A stretch of DNA of 63,866 nt, filler included, from Aduncisulcus paluster (GCA_024181965.1; 4 parts of 4 records of this genome joined end to end with filler, not necessarily neighbours in it); one strand, 5' to 3'. Positions 1 to 10,093 are shown, numbered from the whole stretch's first letter. Notes: generated by a model from the sequence alone, not told the origin. A program made the numbers and translations.

Positions 1-726
1 GGCGGCATTTTTAGTCTCAATGTCTTCACACCGATAATCCCTCAGAAGTTTATAGTACGCACTCTGAACAACGATCTGTTCTACAGATAACAAACGACGT
101 ACAAGCGAAGGATCATGTAAAACTCGAGAGATGGCCCTTTCCCTCCTCATTCTAGCAACTCTATCCTCCATATCTTCCTCTGGTAACACACCAGAATCAA
201 CAGTAATAGCTGATACCGTTGATGAAGCAGTTAAAGTAACATCAGCAAGGGATCGGGAAGTGTATTTTGTAACAACAGTGCCCGCATCGGAACAAGTTAA
301 GGACATTGTGTACGTCGATTCGGTATCTCCACGATCATCCGTGGATTGAGAGGGTTCATCTCTAGGAGAAGCTGTAGGAACAGCACCAAGTTCACCACCA
401 ACGGCCGCAACTGCAGCGGCAGCTCTATCCTCTTCTTGAGTATCCGCATTCTGGGCATCGAAGATGCTGGCGATTGAACACTCGACAGAAGCATCTTTGG
501 ACGATGGTTGTCTTATTCCGCAACCTTTTTCTTTTAATGTTTGTAAATGAGTTTGAGTTTCAACTTCCTTTGTTGTTGGTGCTGTTTTTTGTCGTTTACA
601 ATAATCTTTATACCTTTGAGCCATTTTTTCAACAATAGGGGCAGCTGGATCACCCGAAGCCAAACTATATAGCTTTTGGCGTTGTTCAAACAATGTAAAT
701 ATTTTGGATACCCCAATCCTAATCAT
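1..726 (-). CDS. Axonemal dynein intermediate chain WDR78/DNAI4/IC138-like, N-terminal part (runs off window edge)
   Basis: Not in ORF track (no stop in window). Manual translation from ATG 726: MIRIGVSKIFTLFEQRQKLYSLASGDPAAPIVEKMAQRYKDYCKRQ...KEVETQT...SIASIFDA...LLSVEQIVVQSAYYKLLRDYR. This resembles the WDR78 N-terminal blocks preceding the WD40s. True start uncertain (possibly 781 via frameshift). Confidence 0.6.
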   Translation of the reverse strand, partial: MIRIGVSKIFTLFEQRQKLYSLASGDPAAPIVEKMAQRYKDYCKRQKTAPTTKEVETQTHLQTLKEKGCGIRQPSSKDASVECSIASIFDAQNADTQEEDRAAAAVAAVGGELGAVPTASPRDEPSQSTDDRGDTESTYTMSLTCSDAGTVVTKYTSRSLADVTLTASSTVSAITVDSGVLPEEDMEDRVARMRRERAISRVLHDPSLVRRLLSVEQIVVQSAYYKLLRDYRCEDIETKNAA

Positions 727-962
727 TTTTCTTTGTATATGGTACCAAAACACGGGTCTGTGGTTCAAATAGTTTAAGCATTCAGAATAAAGAAGTAAAA
801 TTAACCCAATGGAATAATGATGATATTTCTATCTTACTAAATGGAATATCTCATTCTGAATCAAGTTGTATAACAAATCCATTGATTTTGGAGTCAATTC
901 TGATATCCCATTCTATATATCATTCATAATTTCAATTAAATTTACTTACTACACGATTTTCA

Positions 963-1629
963 ATGGATTTACCATATTTAGATGGCGAGCACCCCTTTAT
1001 TTTGAAGTTTCCCTTTCCTGAAGAATTAGAGAGTTGTAAGGATGAAGAAATAGATATTGAGTTTGAAACAAATGGTATGTTTGATATTTTTAAACTAATT
1101 TCTTTGTGTATTCCAGCTTTTTATAATTTATAACTATTTTTTTTCTATTCCCTCATTTTTTAAAATTATTCAATATTGTTATGTTGATTTTCGATATAAA
1201 TATACAGCTAGATTTGGTGTAATGTATTTTAAAGAAAAAAGATATAGATTTCATGTTATGGATTTGCCTACTGTTGTTGAGGCCCATTCGTCAGAACATG
1301 GAAGGACATGGTATAAAATCGATGATATAGGACAAGTTCTTATTGTTGAAAAAGTACCTTTGAGACCTGGAGAATCTGTAACTCCCCCCCCTGATCAAGA
1401 TCCGACCACCATACCGAAAGAGGTGAAAGAAGCTCGAAAATTCTATAAAAATGGAGTTACTCGACATCCATTTGAATTAACAAGCGGATTAAGTGGTCCA
1501 ACAAAACATATTAGACCTTTACGTTTTGTTGAATTACCAGGTGGTCCTTATGAGCTCGAAAAGGCTAAACGTTACATTGATCATGCAATTCTATTCCAAC
1601 AAAAACAGAAAGCAAAGGGTGGGAGATGA
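963..1629 (+). CDS. TAF7: TFIID subunit 7 (TAFII55 N-terminal domain); exons 963-1074, 1208-1629
   Basis: Spliced product: EHPFILKFP...ARFGVMYFKEKRYRFHVMDLPTVVEAHSSEHGRTWYKIDDIGQVLIV...SGLSGPTKHIRPLRF. Matches TAF7 blocks (EEQFILR; DLPCVIES.KT.D...YKTADICQML; HGITPPLKNVRKRRF). The phase-1 intron restores frame. Confidence 0.8.
1075..1207 (+). other. Spliceosomal intron (133 nt) in TAF7
   Basis: GTATGT...TATACAG; AT-rich; removal joins two frames. Confidence 0.85.
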
Positions 1630-1769
1630 TTTTGCAGTCATTTTCTTCGCATTTACTCAAATGAGATATCCTTCAGACTTGTCACGTAAAACCGATATAA
1701 AAACATAATACTTCATTAATTCCCTCACATTTTCCCCGGTAGGAATTTTAATTGGAGAAATAAACATAT

Positions 1770-2834
1770 TTAACAATCCAATTCATCCCCCACAACATCC
1801 CGGAGTTCACGAGAGGCCACAACTTGAGCAGCCGAATCTGTAGCCAACAAAGGCTTGATATGTTCATCATAAAGAGCAACAAATATCTTCTTGTGCTTCT
1901 TGCTTGGAAGATAATCATCCACCATGTCCAACAAATTCTCAGAATCACACAAACAAGAAATAAATTCATAAGCGGTCTGCAAGATGGTTGGATTCACATA
2001 GGTTTGAATGAAATCGGAATATAAGAATTCAACCAATATTGGGAAAAAAGAAACGGCGGCCTTTTCGATCTGAAGAATTCTTTCTTCCGGCAAATCATCG
2101 AATCTGCGAGTTAGGTTATACCACACATATATAATGACAATGGATGTGAACATTGAAAAAGGCATTGATCCGAATGAAATATAACCCTCTTTTCCAACCT
2201 TTGATTTCAAAATGGCATGGGGATCGACGGAGCTCTCTTCACTTTCCGCTTCACCGGATTTTTTTGCCTTGGTCCGCTCAAGATACTTCAGAATATTCTC
2301 TTCAGTAGTCGAAGATAGCAGTTTTACACTCAATTCAGCAAAAACACCCATGTCGAGGATAGTGACGGGCTCGATATAGTCTGTGGCGCTCTTCAGAATA
2401 AGAGTACAATCTTTGAGCAATTGTTTATAATAACTACGAACGGTTGGTTTAGATACATGGAATTTAACAGCAGCTTTTGTACAAACTTCCTTATCTAATA
2501 AAGCAATATTCACATCTTTCCAAGCATCAAGAAAAATCTTAAGAATGACATTAAGTTTTCCTGTTTCTAAAATACACTTCGCAGCATGTTCGGATCGATC
2601 CCAAAGAGATCTATCAGCGCTATCATCACCTTCCCGAGCTTGCTCAACAAAAGCAACGTTGGCAATCTTTCGCATAATTTTACAATTTGCAAAAAAAGCT
2701 GAAGAATATAACGGATAAGAATTAATTTTAATAAACATCTTAAGAAGAGATAATTCCTTATCCTTCTCATCAGACATGTGAATTTCTTCACTATCTTCTT
2801 TCTTTGAGTAGTACAATTTGATTTTCCTTCCCAT
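1770..2834 (-). CDS. Hypothetical alpha-helical protein (354 aa)
   Basis: Long ORF with globular helical composition; no family recognised. Confidence 0.75.
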   Translation of the reverse strand: MGRKIKLYYSKKEDSEEIHMSDEKDKELSLLKMFIKINSYPLYSSAFFANCKIMRKIANVAFVEQAREGDDSADRSLWDRSEHAAKCILETGKLNVILKIFLDAWKDVNIALLDKEVCTKAAVKFHVSKPTVRSYYKQLLKDCTLILKSATDYIEPVTILDMGVFAELSVKLLSSTTEENILKYLERTKAKKSGEAESEESSVDPHAILKSKVGKEGYISFGSMPFSMFTSIVIIYVWYNLTRRFDDLPEERILQIEKAAVSFFPILVEFLYSDFIQTYVNPTILQTAYEFISCLCDSENLLDMVDDYLPSKKHKKIFVALYDEHIKPLLATDSAAQVVASRELRDVVGDELDC

Positions 2835-2971
2835 AATATTCGCCTAAAATAAATAAATTTGTAATAATGATCGAAGGGACGAACTGGATGGTCAGGAAAA
2901 CGCTGGTGGATTTCGGAGATGATTTTTGTCGAAATGCCTTTTGATCCACGTAAAGACCAATATCATATAAA

Positions 2972-3697
2972 ATGGATAAAGAAAAGGATCCAATGACAGA
3001 AATTGATGAGAGATTTGCTGATGAAATTGTAAAAAACATGGATTTAAGTGGAGTGTCCAGAGAAATGTTCGCCAAGGTCACAAAATATATTCTCCAATCA
3101 ATTCAAACAGTGTCCGAGGTAGAAAAAAGAGAATTAGCCAAAACCTCAGAATCTACATCCACCGAAGGCGATGTTGAGTTATCCGATACGAAAGAGATTT
3201 CATCCACTCTGGATGAAATGAAGATTGAAGAAAAAAAGGATGAAGATGGGGAGTCAGAAGAAAAAGAAACCAAATCGAAGGGAAACAAATTACTAGAATT
3301 TATCAAAGGAGATCTTAGTAAGCGTGATATTGATGCCGAAGTCAAGGATATGGATGAAGAAACCTTCAAAGAGTCACTTAAAGGAATGGCAGCATACAGT
3401 TATATGGTTGCTCTAAACTTTTTACCATTCGTTAAATCTGTTGATTCCACTTTAATCACCTTTCTTAAAAAATCCCCTCATGTCGTTGGTGAGGAAAGAC
3501 AACGGTGCGTAAAAATTGGAGTCTGTTGCAAGAAAGTACTCAAAGAAATTACTCAAAATCGTTTTATTGAAGCAGTAATATATTTCATGATGCTCAGTGA
3601 CTTGGGTGAACTTCCCAAAGAATATATCAAAGAATATGTTGGTCCAAAAATGGAAGAATTAGAAAAGATAGAACAAGAGGGATGCGCAGCTCAATAG
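2972..3697 (+). CDS. PEX19: Probable peroxin Pex19
   Basis: Acidic disordered N-half. Helical C-domain LNFLPFVKSVDSTLITFLKK...EERQRC...FIEAVIYFMMLSDLGELPKEY parallels Pex19 (LYPSLKEITEKYPEWL...E..RY..Q...LMQ.MQ.LG.PP.EL). Ends in CaaX box CAAQ; 241 aa. Confidence 0.65.
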   Translation: MDKEKDPMTEIDERFADEIVKNMDLSGVSREMFAKVTKYILQSIQTVSEVEKRELAKTSESTSTEGDVELSDTKEISSTLDEMKIEEKKDEDGESEEKETKSKGNKLLEFIKGDLSKRDIDAEVKDMDEETFKESLKGMAAYSYMVALNFLPFVKSVDSTLITFLKKSPHVVGEERQRCVKIGVCCKKVLKEITQNRFIEAVIYFMMLSDLGELPKEYIKEYVGPKMEELEKIEQEGCAAQ

Positions 3698-3925
3698 AGT
3701 ATGCATTTATGTCGGAAACAAGATGGATTATCAATATAAGAACTTCAAGTTAAGAAGTTAGTGAAACTTTCGTGAGGAGTCTGTAATCCTCAATGGAAAT
3801 ATCGTAAAAATAAAATTATTTTCAAAACTAAATATGTACATTTATCGTGAAAAATATTCAAAATTTCTTATATTATTGATACCCATGGAGTCATGCTGAG
3901 CAGAATTCTATTTTGTACAAAAATA

Positions 3926-6238
3926 ATGCCACCTATAAATGATCATGATTATGTTGATTTTTCTCGATTTTTATTAATATCCAAAGAGGGAGATTGTGGT
4001 GTTGCCCACCATAAACCTTCTGGATCATTTTGTTGCTCGAAATGCATAGGAACAACGGGAGAAAAGGATTTTTTGTCAAAAAAATATCAAAAATACATAT
4101 TTAATAAGCAATTACTTCTTTGGAAGCTCTTTCCAGATTATGTTTGTCGCCCAATGCATTTTGCAGAATCCCCTCGTGACGACCAGATATCCGTAATATT
4201 TGAGTTATGTTATGGTCTAGATTCTGCCAATTTTTTGTCAAATTGGAATGAAAGTGTGAGCAGAGTTAGTGTTTCGTCACATATAAGTTCATTTTCCACT
4301 GCTCAGCGAATTATTCGTTCTTGCCATAATCCGGGACTTATGTGCCGCAATGCCTTTTTCAGTCAAATGGAGGAATACGAAAGGGATATTCTCCAAAAAC
4401 AATCTCTTACTTCCTTAGTACATACTCTATTGTTGTGTTCTTCAATCATTAAATCAATTGCTTCATTATATTCTCCTCCAAAAAAGAATCCAGAAGGTAT
4501 TCATCTCATCTCACATAGGGATATTAAGCCCGAGAATATTCTCATTCGTCTAATGAATGATCCTGACAAGCCTCCTTCTCGATCATGTTCTATCCAACCT
4601 GTTCTAGGTGATTTTACAACGGCCATTTTTAGTACAGATGCAGACATGCCAACTTTTGATACCCAGGAAATTATAAAAATGAGAAAATCTCCGGTTGGTA
4701 CCATTGTGTATATGGCCCCAGAACTCTTGATAGATTCCTCAATTGTCCCATCCTGTTTGAGTGATACTTACTCACTCGTGATTACTCTATACTCACTTTT
4801 CTTTGGCAATGGAGGAAGTTCTACAACTTTGCTTGATGTTTCTGAAGGTGTCAAAATTCCTTCACAAGAAGAACGATATGTCAATATGTGTAACGTCTAT
4901 AAAAAACTTCAGTCAATTGGGGTAAAGAACAGATATTTCTCAAAAATGAAAGAAAAACTATCTCCCTTGACCTCCCTATCAGAAGAAGTCCGTTGCGAGT
5001 CTGGCATTCCTTCGTTCATTCCTGACCTTGCTAAGAATTTTCTTTTGGCCTATAATCTTATGAGTATGCTTGATCCATCGGACAGAGTGAATGTTATTGA
5101 ATGTTATCACACGTATATTAAACCCTTTGACAGTCAAATATCAGTTGAACTATGCGCTTCAGAGTCGGATATTGTTCCCCGTTCATTGCCATTGCCCCGC
5201 GACAGTCGGTATGTCCCAGAGATACCAAGAGCTCAATATGATGTCAAAGTAGAACAAGAAACAATGGTGGACAATATATCCACGTTTATCTTGGAGATAT
5301 TGTCAAAATTCGATGATCTTGACACAGGCGATGCCCAAAAAGCTGCCTGTACTCGGAAGGCAATCGAAATCATTTCTTCAATAGGAAGAGAAGCAGAAGA
5401 ATTGGATCGACAATCCGGAGTTCAAAAAGCTGACTATATATCACATCGAAAAGGAAAATGTCCCGGCTTCATCAGAGCGTTGAGTCCTGATTATATAGAG
5501 GGTAAATATGATCTGTGGAGGTGTGACTTAAGTGAAATTGAATTGGAGGCATGTTTGTTTGCAATATATTGCTGTGAAAGTGTCGTATCTATTGTATTAA
5601 CAGGAAATACATTAACAGATAAATTAATGAAGCTTATTTGTGCAATTATTAGAAAACATAAAACATCTCTTATTGGATTACACCTTAATCGGTGTAGAAT
5701 TTCTAAATTTGGATTCAAAATGATGCTTTCTGAACTAATTCATAGTGATTCTAAGCTTGAGGAGTTGAACCTCACTTTCAATGATCAAATTCCGACATCG
5801 AGTTTGTCAGATTTAGTTGATTTCTTGAAATCTAGGAAGAATTTTAGATCATTATGGTACACTCCTTCCAACATGCATATTGGACATTTCTCAACACTTT
5901 TCACCCTCATATCTGATTGTCCAACTCTTTCATACATTGATTTCAATCAAAATATCTCTGAACTTCCAGCTATTGCCCTATTTTCTCTTTATCATGCCAT
6001 TGTGATTCGAATCAAAGAGAAGAAGTATCCATTCCTGAGGGAAATATCAGCTCTCCCCTGTCAAGGACATATCTACATTGTCAAGTTATTATATGAAATA
6101 GTCACTGGGATTCGGCCAATGACTCGTGAAGCATGTGGAAGAGTTAGGCATGAAATTGAAAGATTTCAAGAAAAATCTCAGCATGAAACAGCAGAGGAAG
6201 CATTTTTCTTCAAGGGATCTGGAGCAATGCAAAAATAG
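3926..6238 (+). CDS. Divergent protein kinase with C-terminal RI-like leucine-rich repeats
   Basis: HRDIKPENILI, DFT in place of DFG, GTIVYMAPE, SDTYSL; LRRs LTGNTLTD, LHLNRCRIS, LEELNLTFND, LSYIDFNQN. Confidence 0.8.
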   Translation: MPPINDHDYVDFSRFLLISKEGDCGVAHHKPSGSFCCSKCIGTTGEKDFLSKKYQKYIFNKQLLLWKLFPDYVCRPMHFAESPRDDQISVIFELCYGLDSANFLSNWNESVSRVSVSSHISSFSTAQRIIRSCHNPGLMCRNAFFSQMEEYERDILQKQSLTSLVHTLLLCSSIIKSIASLYSPPKKNPEGIHLISHRDIKPENILIRLMNDPDKPPSRSCSIQPVLGDFTTAIFSTDADMPTFDTQEIIKMRKSPVGTIVYMAPELLIDSSIVPSCLSDTYSLVITLYSLFFGNGGSSTTLLDVSEGVKIPSQEERYVNMCNVYKKLQSIGVKNRYFSKMKEKLSPLTSLSEEVRCESGIPSFIPDLAKNFLLAYNLMSMLDPSDRVNVIECYHTYIKPFDSQISVELCASESDIVPRSLPLPRDSRYVPEIPRAQYDVKVEQETMVDNISTFILEILSKFDDLDTGDAQKAACTRKAIEIISSIGREAEELDRQSGVQKADYISHRKGKCPGFIRALSPDYIEGKYDLWRCDLSEIELEACLFAIYCCESVVSIVLTGNTLTDKLMKLICAIIRKHKTSLIGLHLNRCRISKFGFKMMLSELIHSDSKLEELNLTFNDQIPTSSLSDLVDFLKSRKNFRSLWYTPSNMHIGHFSTLFTLISDCPTLSYIDFNQNISELPAIALFSLYHAIVIRIKEKKYPFLREISALPCQGHIYIVKLLYEIVTGIRPMTREACGRVRHEIERFQEKSQHETAEEAFFFKGSGAMQK

Positions 6239-6477
6239 ATATTGTTGATCAACTTGAATCATTCTCGTCCCATTATTTATTCAACAGCAAAACTCTGCTC
6301 TTGTATGAAAAGAAATGACCAAATTCAAGAGTTCACCCCATGTTCACATCCGTATTTCCAAAATTCACGAAGATATTCATCCATATTGGAGCTCCTCATT
6401 TGGGTTAGAACTTCTTATACAGTTGACTTCATTATTATTTCATTAAAGTGCTTCAGTGAAGGTTCAGATAGCTTCAG

Positions 6478-6685
6478 TTCAGTGACTGAAGGACACTTTT
6501 CATAAATACGGCACTGCCGATTTGGCAATTCTGTTGTCTGAGACTGTTGCCTACTTAACGTTAAAATTAATAATTTAATAAATAAATCTGCATACAATAT
6601 GAACAAAAAATCTCTTGCAAGTACCTACAAACTGAACTTCAGTCACTAAATTCAAGGACGGTCCTTGAAGGCCAAGCCTTGGCCT
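6478..6685. repeat. Cluster of single-base-centred palindromes
   Basis: TTCAGT-G-ACTGAA 6478-6490; CGGCA-C-TGCCG 6509-6519; ACTGAA-C-TTCAGT 6631-6643; TTCAAGGAC-G-GTCCTTGAA 6651-6669; AGGCCAAG-C-CTTGGCCT 6669-6685. Confidence 0.9.
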
Positions 6686-6903
6686 CGATCACGCTTTAAT
6701 GAGTTATTTTCTTCGAATCGTCAGAATTGATGGTATATATTTCGTATTTTATTATGGGAGTTATTCCTAGGTTTTGAATTTATCTTGGATCCACAATGAA
6801 ATGACCCATTTGTGGCGAATCATGTCAATTGCTTGAATCCACATCCTGATATAATATATTGACATCACAATACATCTACCTCGATTATTTTATTTATATA
6901 ATA

Positions 6904-8103
6904 ATGCCATTTCCACGTAAAAGTAATTATTTTCCGAAAGGAAAGCTATCAATCCCAATCTATGATAAAAAAGAGAGAAAAGCCAGAGAGAATGATATTC
7001 GTGAGAATCCTATCTTTGAGACAATTGTTAAAGAAGTATTTAAACTTGGATTGGTTATGGCTAGCCCAGACTTTTCTTTCCTTCAACCAGATCATGAAGA
7101 AACTCCCTGTGATGAAATGTCTCCCCATCAATGCGATCAAAATTTTACCTATGATCTAAAAAAGGACGTTACAACAGTATTAGATCCAACGACTCTCCAG
7201 CCAATGTCGATTGAACTCGAAGAGAAACATTCATCAGGAGATAGAACTGGTCCTTCCCCCATGCAACCACCAAATTATCCCGTTTCTTTTGACTTTGGTG
7301 ACGATCTATTTCAATTATCTGGTCCAATTTCATCGGCAATGGATGTATTTCCCCCCCCTGATTTCTGTTCGGCCGNNNNNNNNNNNNNNNNNNNNTCTCC
7401 CCATCAATGCGATCAAAATTTTACCTATGAGCTAAAAAAGGACGTTACAACAGTATTAGATCCAACGACTCTCCAGCCAATGTCGATTGAACTCGAAGAG
7501 AAACATTCATCAGGAGATAGAACTGGTCCTTCCCCCATGCAACCACCAAATTATCCCGTTTCTTTTGACTTTGGTGACGATCTATTTCAATTATCTGGTC
7601 CAATTTCATCGGCAATGGATGTATTTCCCCCCCCTGATTTCTGTTCGGCCGAGAAGGATGGCGACGGTAATGACAATTTACTTGATCAGATTAGAACCTT
7701 AAAATATCAATATCACGAAATGATTAAAGAAATGGAAGGGAAAGAACTCAAATTAAACTCAAAAATTCTAATGTTAATGGCAGAATCAGATTTTCTCGTC
7801 CTTTCTGAAACTGAATTTCACGAAAAAATGCATTCGATTAAAGATGAGTTTGTTGTTGCATATTCACATATAAATCGACTATTTTCTCAAAAATTAAGCG
7901 GAGTTATTCATAATTTTCGGTGGAAATCAATGATTTTGGATCCTATTCATCTCTCTATTCTTGAGGATTGGTTCTCGAAAAACCTTATTTTCCCCTTTCC
8001 AGATGAATCTGATATTCTTCATCTTTGTGAGCTCACTTCACTCACCAAGGAATCAGTTCTTGATTGGTTTGAAGAAAGAAGGGCGGCTTTCTTACTCAAA
8101 TAA
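6904..8103 (+). CDS. TALE-class (Homeobox_KN-like) homeodomain protein; contains artefactual gap duplication
   Basis: C-terminal LSILEDWFSKNLIFPFPDESDILHLCELTSLTKESVLDWFEERR matches TALE pattern L..W...H...PYP...K..L...T.L...QV.NWF.N.R; preceded by a PBC-like helical region. Confidence 0.75.
   Translation: MPFPRKSNYFPKGKLSIPIYDKKERKARENDIRENPIFETIVKEVFKLGLVMASPDFSFLQPDHEETPCDEMSPHQCDQNFTYDLKKDVTTVLDPTTLQPMSIELEEKHSSGDRTGPSPMQPPNYPVSFDFGDDLFQLSGPISSAMDVFPPPDFCSAXXXXXXXSPHQCDQNFTYELKKDVTTVLDPTTLQPMSIELEEKHSSGDRTGPSPMQPPNYPVSFDFGDDLFQLSGPISSAMDVFPPPDFCSAEKDGDGNDNLLDQIRTLKYQYHEMIKEMEGKELKLNSKILMLMAESDFLVLSETEFHEKMHSIKDEFVVAYSHINRLFSQKLSGVIHNFRWKSMILDPIHLSILEDWFSKNLIFPFPDESDILHLCELTSLTKESVLDWFEERRAAFLLK
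7120..7651 (+). repeat. Gap-flanking direct duplication (7120-7375 / 7396-7651), assembly artefact
   Basis: Near-identical copies either side of a 20-N gap; one substitution (7155 T vs 7431 G). Confidence 0.85.
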
Positions 8104-8596
8104 TGAGACAATTCATTTATGATGCTCGATGATATATTTTCAATTTTTAAAATGATCTAATTTGGAATTTTTTTTTGGTTCAAATCTTCGTCAAATAACG
8201 TGAATTTTTCTAGATTATCAAGTTATATATATATAGTTATATTTATTAAAACCATTATTACACATTAAAGTGCAATTATTTCTCAGTTTTGACTGTTCTT
8301 CCAACCTTTTTTTCAATTATACGACGAAACAGGTTCTCGCTAAATTTTTGATCGATAGGATTTTACGTCAATTTTTGGTTCTTAGATCTAGGAAGAAAAA
8401 TGATCTGAATATTTCGAATAAATCGGTTTTTAACTTGAATTCCTCACAAAATCTTTGTAAAATTTATTTTTTCCCCAATTTTTTGATTTCTTTGCAATTT
8501 ATTCAGAGAGCTGAAAAACTTCTATTTTACCAAATCAATAAACTGAATACACAATTCATAAATTCATTTCACAGTTTATAAGAAGGTCAAAGAGAG

Positions 8597-9178
8597 TTAT
8601 TCCTCAGGTGTGGTCTTTTCTTCTTCATTTTTCTTTTCTTGTTGAACTTGCTTCTTGGGCTTTTTCCCGGCTTTCTTAACCTCTTCCATCCTCTTTTTCT
8701 TCATACGTAAAGCAGTTGGATCCATTCCAATCTTCACAAGATTGAGTCTTGCTTGCTTGGCACAAGAACGGCGAGACTTACGGTGACCAGAATCTTCAGC
8801 ATCCAATTTTTTAGCAAAAAATTCCAAAGTGGCCTTATCAAACTTCTCAGGTTTAGAGCTCTTTTTACGGTTGCGTCCACCAGTTTTGCTTGATTTAGAA
8901 ACAAGTTCCTCAGGTTCAAATTTGACCATCAAAGACTTATATTCATCCTTGCCGGCAGGGGTCAAAAGAAAACGGGCAGCCGAGGGATGTTCAAGCAATT
9001 CCTCGACGACAAGTTTCTTAAGATTGGACCTTATATAACGCACAGAAGTCTCTTCATCAAGATCAAACATGTCCACCAAATTTTTTTCAATACTCTGACG
9101 AGTAATACCTTCAGTGCGACTATGTTTGGTCTTCACAATTGTTTTCAGAATCATGTACTTGTACGTGAATTCAGGCAT
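8597..9178 (-). CDS. Linker histone H1/H5-like protein (winged-helix globular domain + Lys-rich tail)
   Basis: From ATG 9178: MPEFTYKYMILKTIVKTK..EGITRQSIEKNL...YIRSNLKKLV.EELL...AARFLL, compare GH1 (Y.EMI.EAI..L..R.GSS..AI.KYI...IK.ALK.LV..G.L...GSFKL); K-rich C-terminus. Confidence 0.7.
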   Translation of the reverse strand: MPEFTYKYMILKTIVKTKHSRTEGITRQSIEKNLVDMFDLDEETSVRYIRSNLKKLVVEELLEHPSAARFLLTPAGKDEYKSLMVKFEPEELVSKSSKTGGRNRKKSSKPEKFDKATLEFFAKKLDAEDSGHRKSRRSCAKQARLNLVKIGMDPTALRMKKKRMEEVKKAGKKPKKQVQQEKKNEEEKTTPEE

Positions 9179-9617
9179 TTTAGAAAATTCTACAAAAAAG
9201 ATAGAAAGACAAATATAATATAAGAAAAAAAGCCTTGCAACATGAAGTTTAGAAGGAAAAAATAAAAAATCGTACTTTTTCTGTTTGTGTACTGTTGACA
9301 AAATGCCATATGAACAAGTTCTGATGAAGCACAAAATCCAATTGCGTCTGTGACGGAAGAACATGAAATGTTTCGAAAGATATTTTGGACATTTCCTCAA
9401 ATATTCTAATACTAGAATATGATTATTTTATTTTCAGCTGAACATTTAATTTCTAGTTTTGACTAAACCATATCAGAAAAAAAGAGATTTATTTCAAAAA
9501 TCAGGCATTTTAAGAATTTAAGATCACAAAACATCTCAATTGGGTCTTAATGATGAACAATGCTTTATGCCATGAAGGAATTCACCCTAGAAGGATGCGT
9601 TAGAATGGCATTAGAGA

Positions 9618-10093
9618 TCATTTTTTTGGCACGGTTCCCAAAAGACGGATAGTATGATTGGAAATAAGATATGGAGTTGGTGAATCTTTTTGACGCATCA
9701 ATAAAAATGTCTCATTGACGAATAGAGAGTTCCTATCATCTTTATCACCATTGGTATAGACTTTTGCATAAACATGGACAAAAATATGCCCTTCACTTTT
9801 ATACTCTTGTGTGGAATAATTTATAATACTGAATTCAGGCTTACAATCAAATAATGGACACGATTCCAAACCTTTTATAATATCGTCCCGATTTGAGATA
9901 TGTTTCCCAAAAATATTAAGTTGAGCTCTCGATTCCTATTATAGAGCAAACAATAGATAACATTAACACCTAATTCCTGAAATAATCACAAATTCATACA
10001 AAAACATACATAGGTTTCACTAAGCAGCCTAAAATTTCTAGCACCAAGTGCCCCATAATAAGCTTGTAAAAAAGGTCTCACAACAGCATCCAT
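9618..10093 (-). CDS. NTF2/NXT1-like protein; exons 10093-10010, 9935-9618
   Basis: Spliced MDAVVRPFLQAYYGALGARNFRLLSETY|ESRAQLNIFGKHISNRDDIIKGLESCP...FVNETFLLM...YLISNHTIRL follows the NTF2 fold pattern. Confidence 0.75.
9936..10009 (-). other. Spliceosomal intron (74 nt)
   Basis: GTATGT...ATAATAG on minus strand, phase 0, restores ORF. Confidence 0.85.

Noticed and set aside
6440..6702. CRISPR-like or tRNA-like array in palindromic islands
   Set aside because: No constant repeat with unique spacers, no cas genes, no cloverleaf or T-loop consensus
8270..8581. 103-aa ORF between the homeobox and H1 genes (similarly 23520-23726, 30478-30762)
   Set aside because: F/I/L/N/K-rich translation of AT-rich intergenic DNA, mostly non-ATG starts
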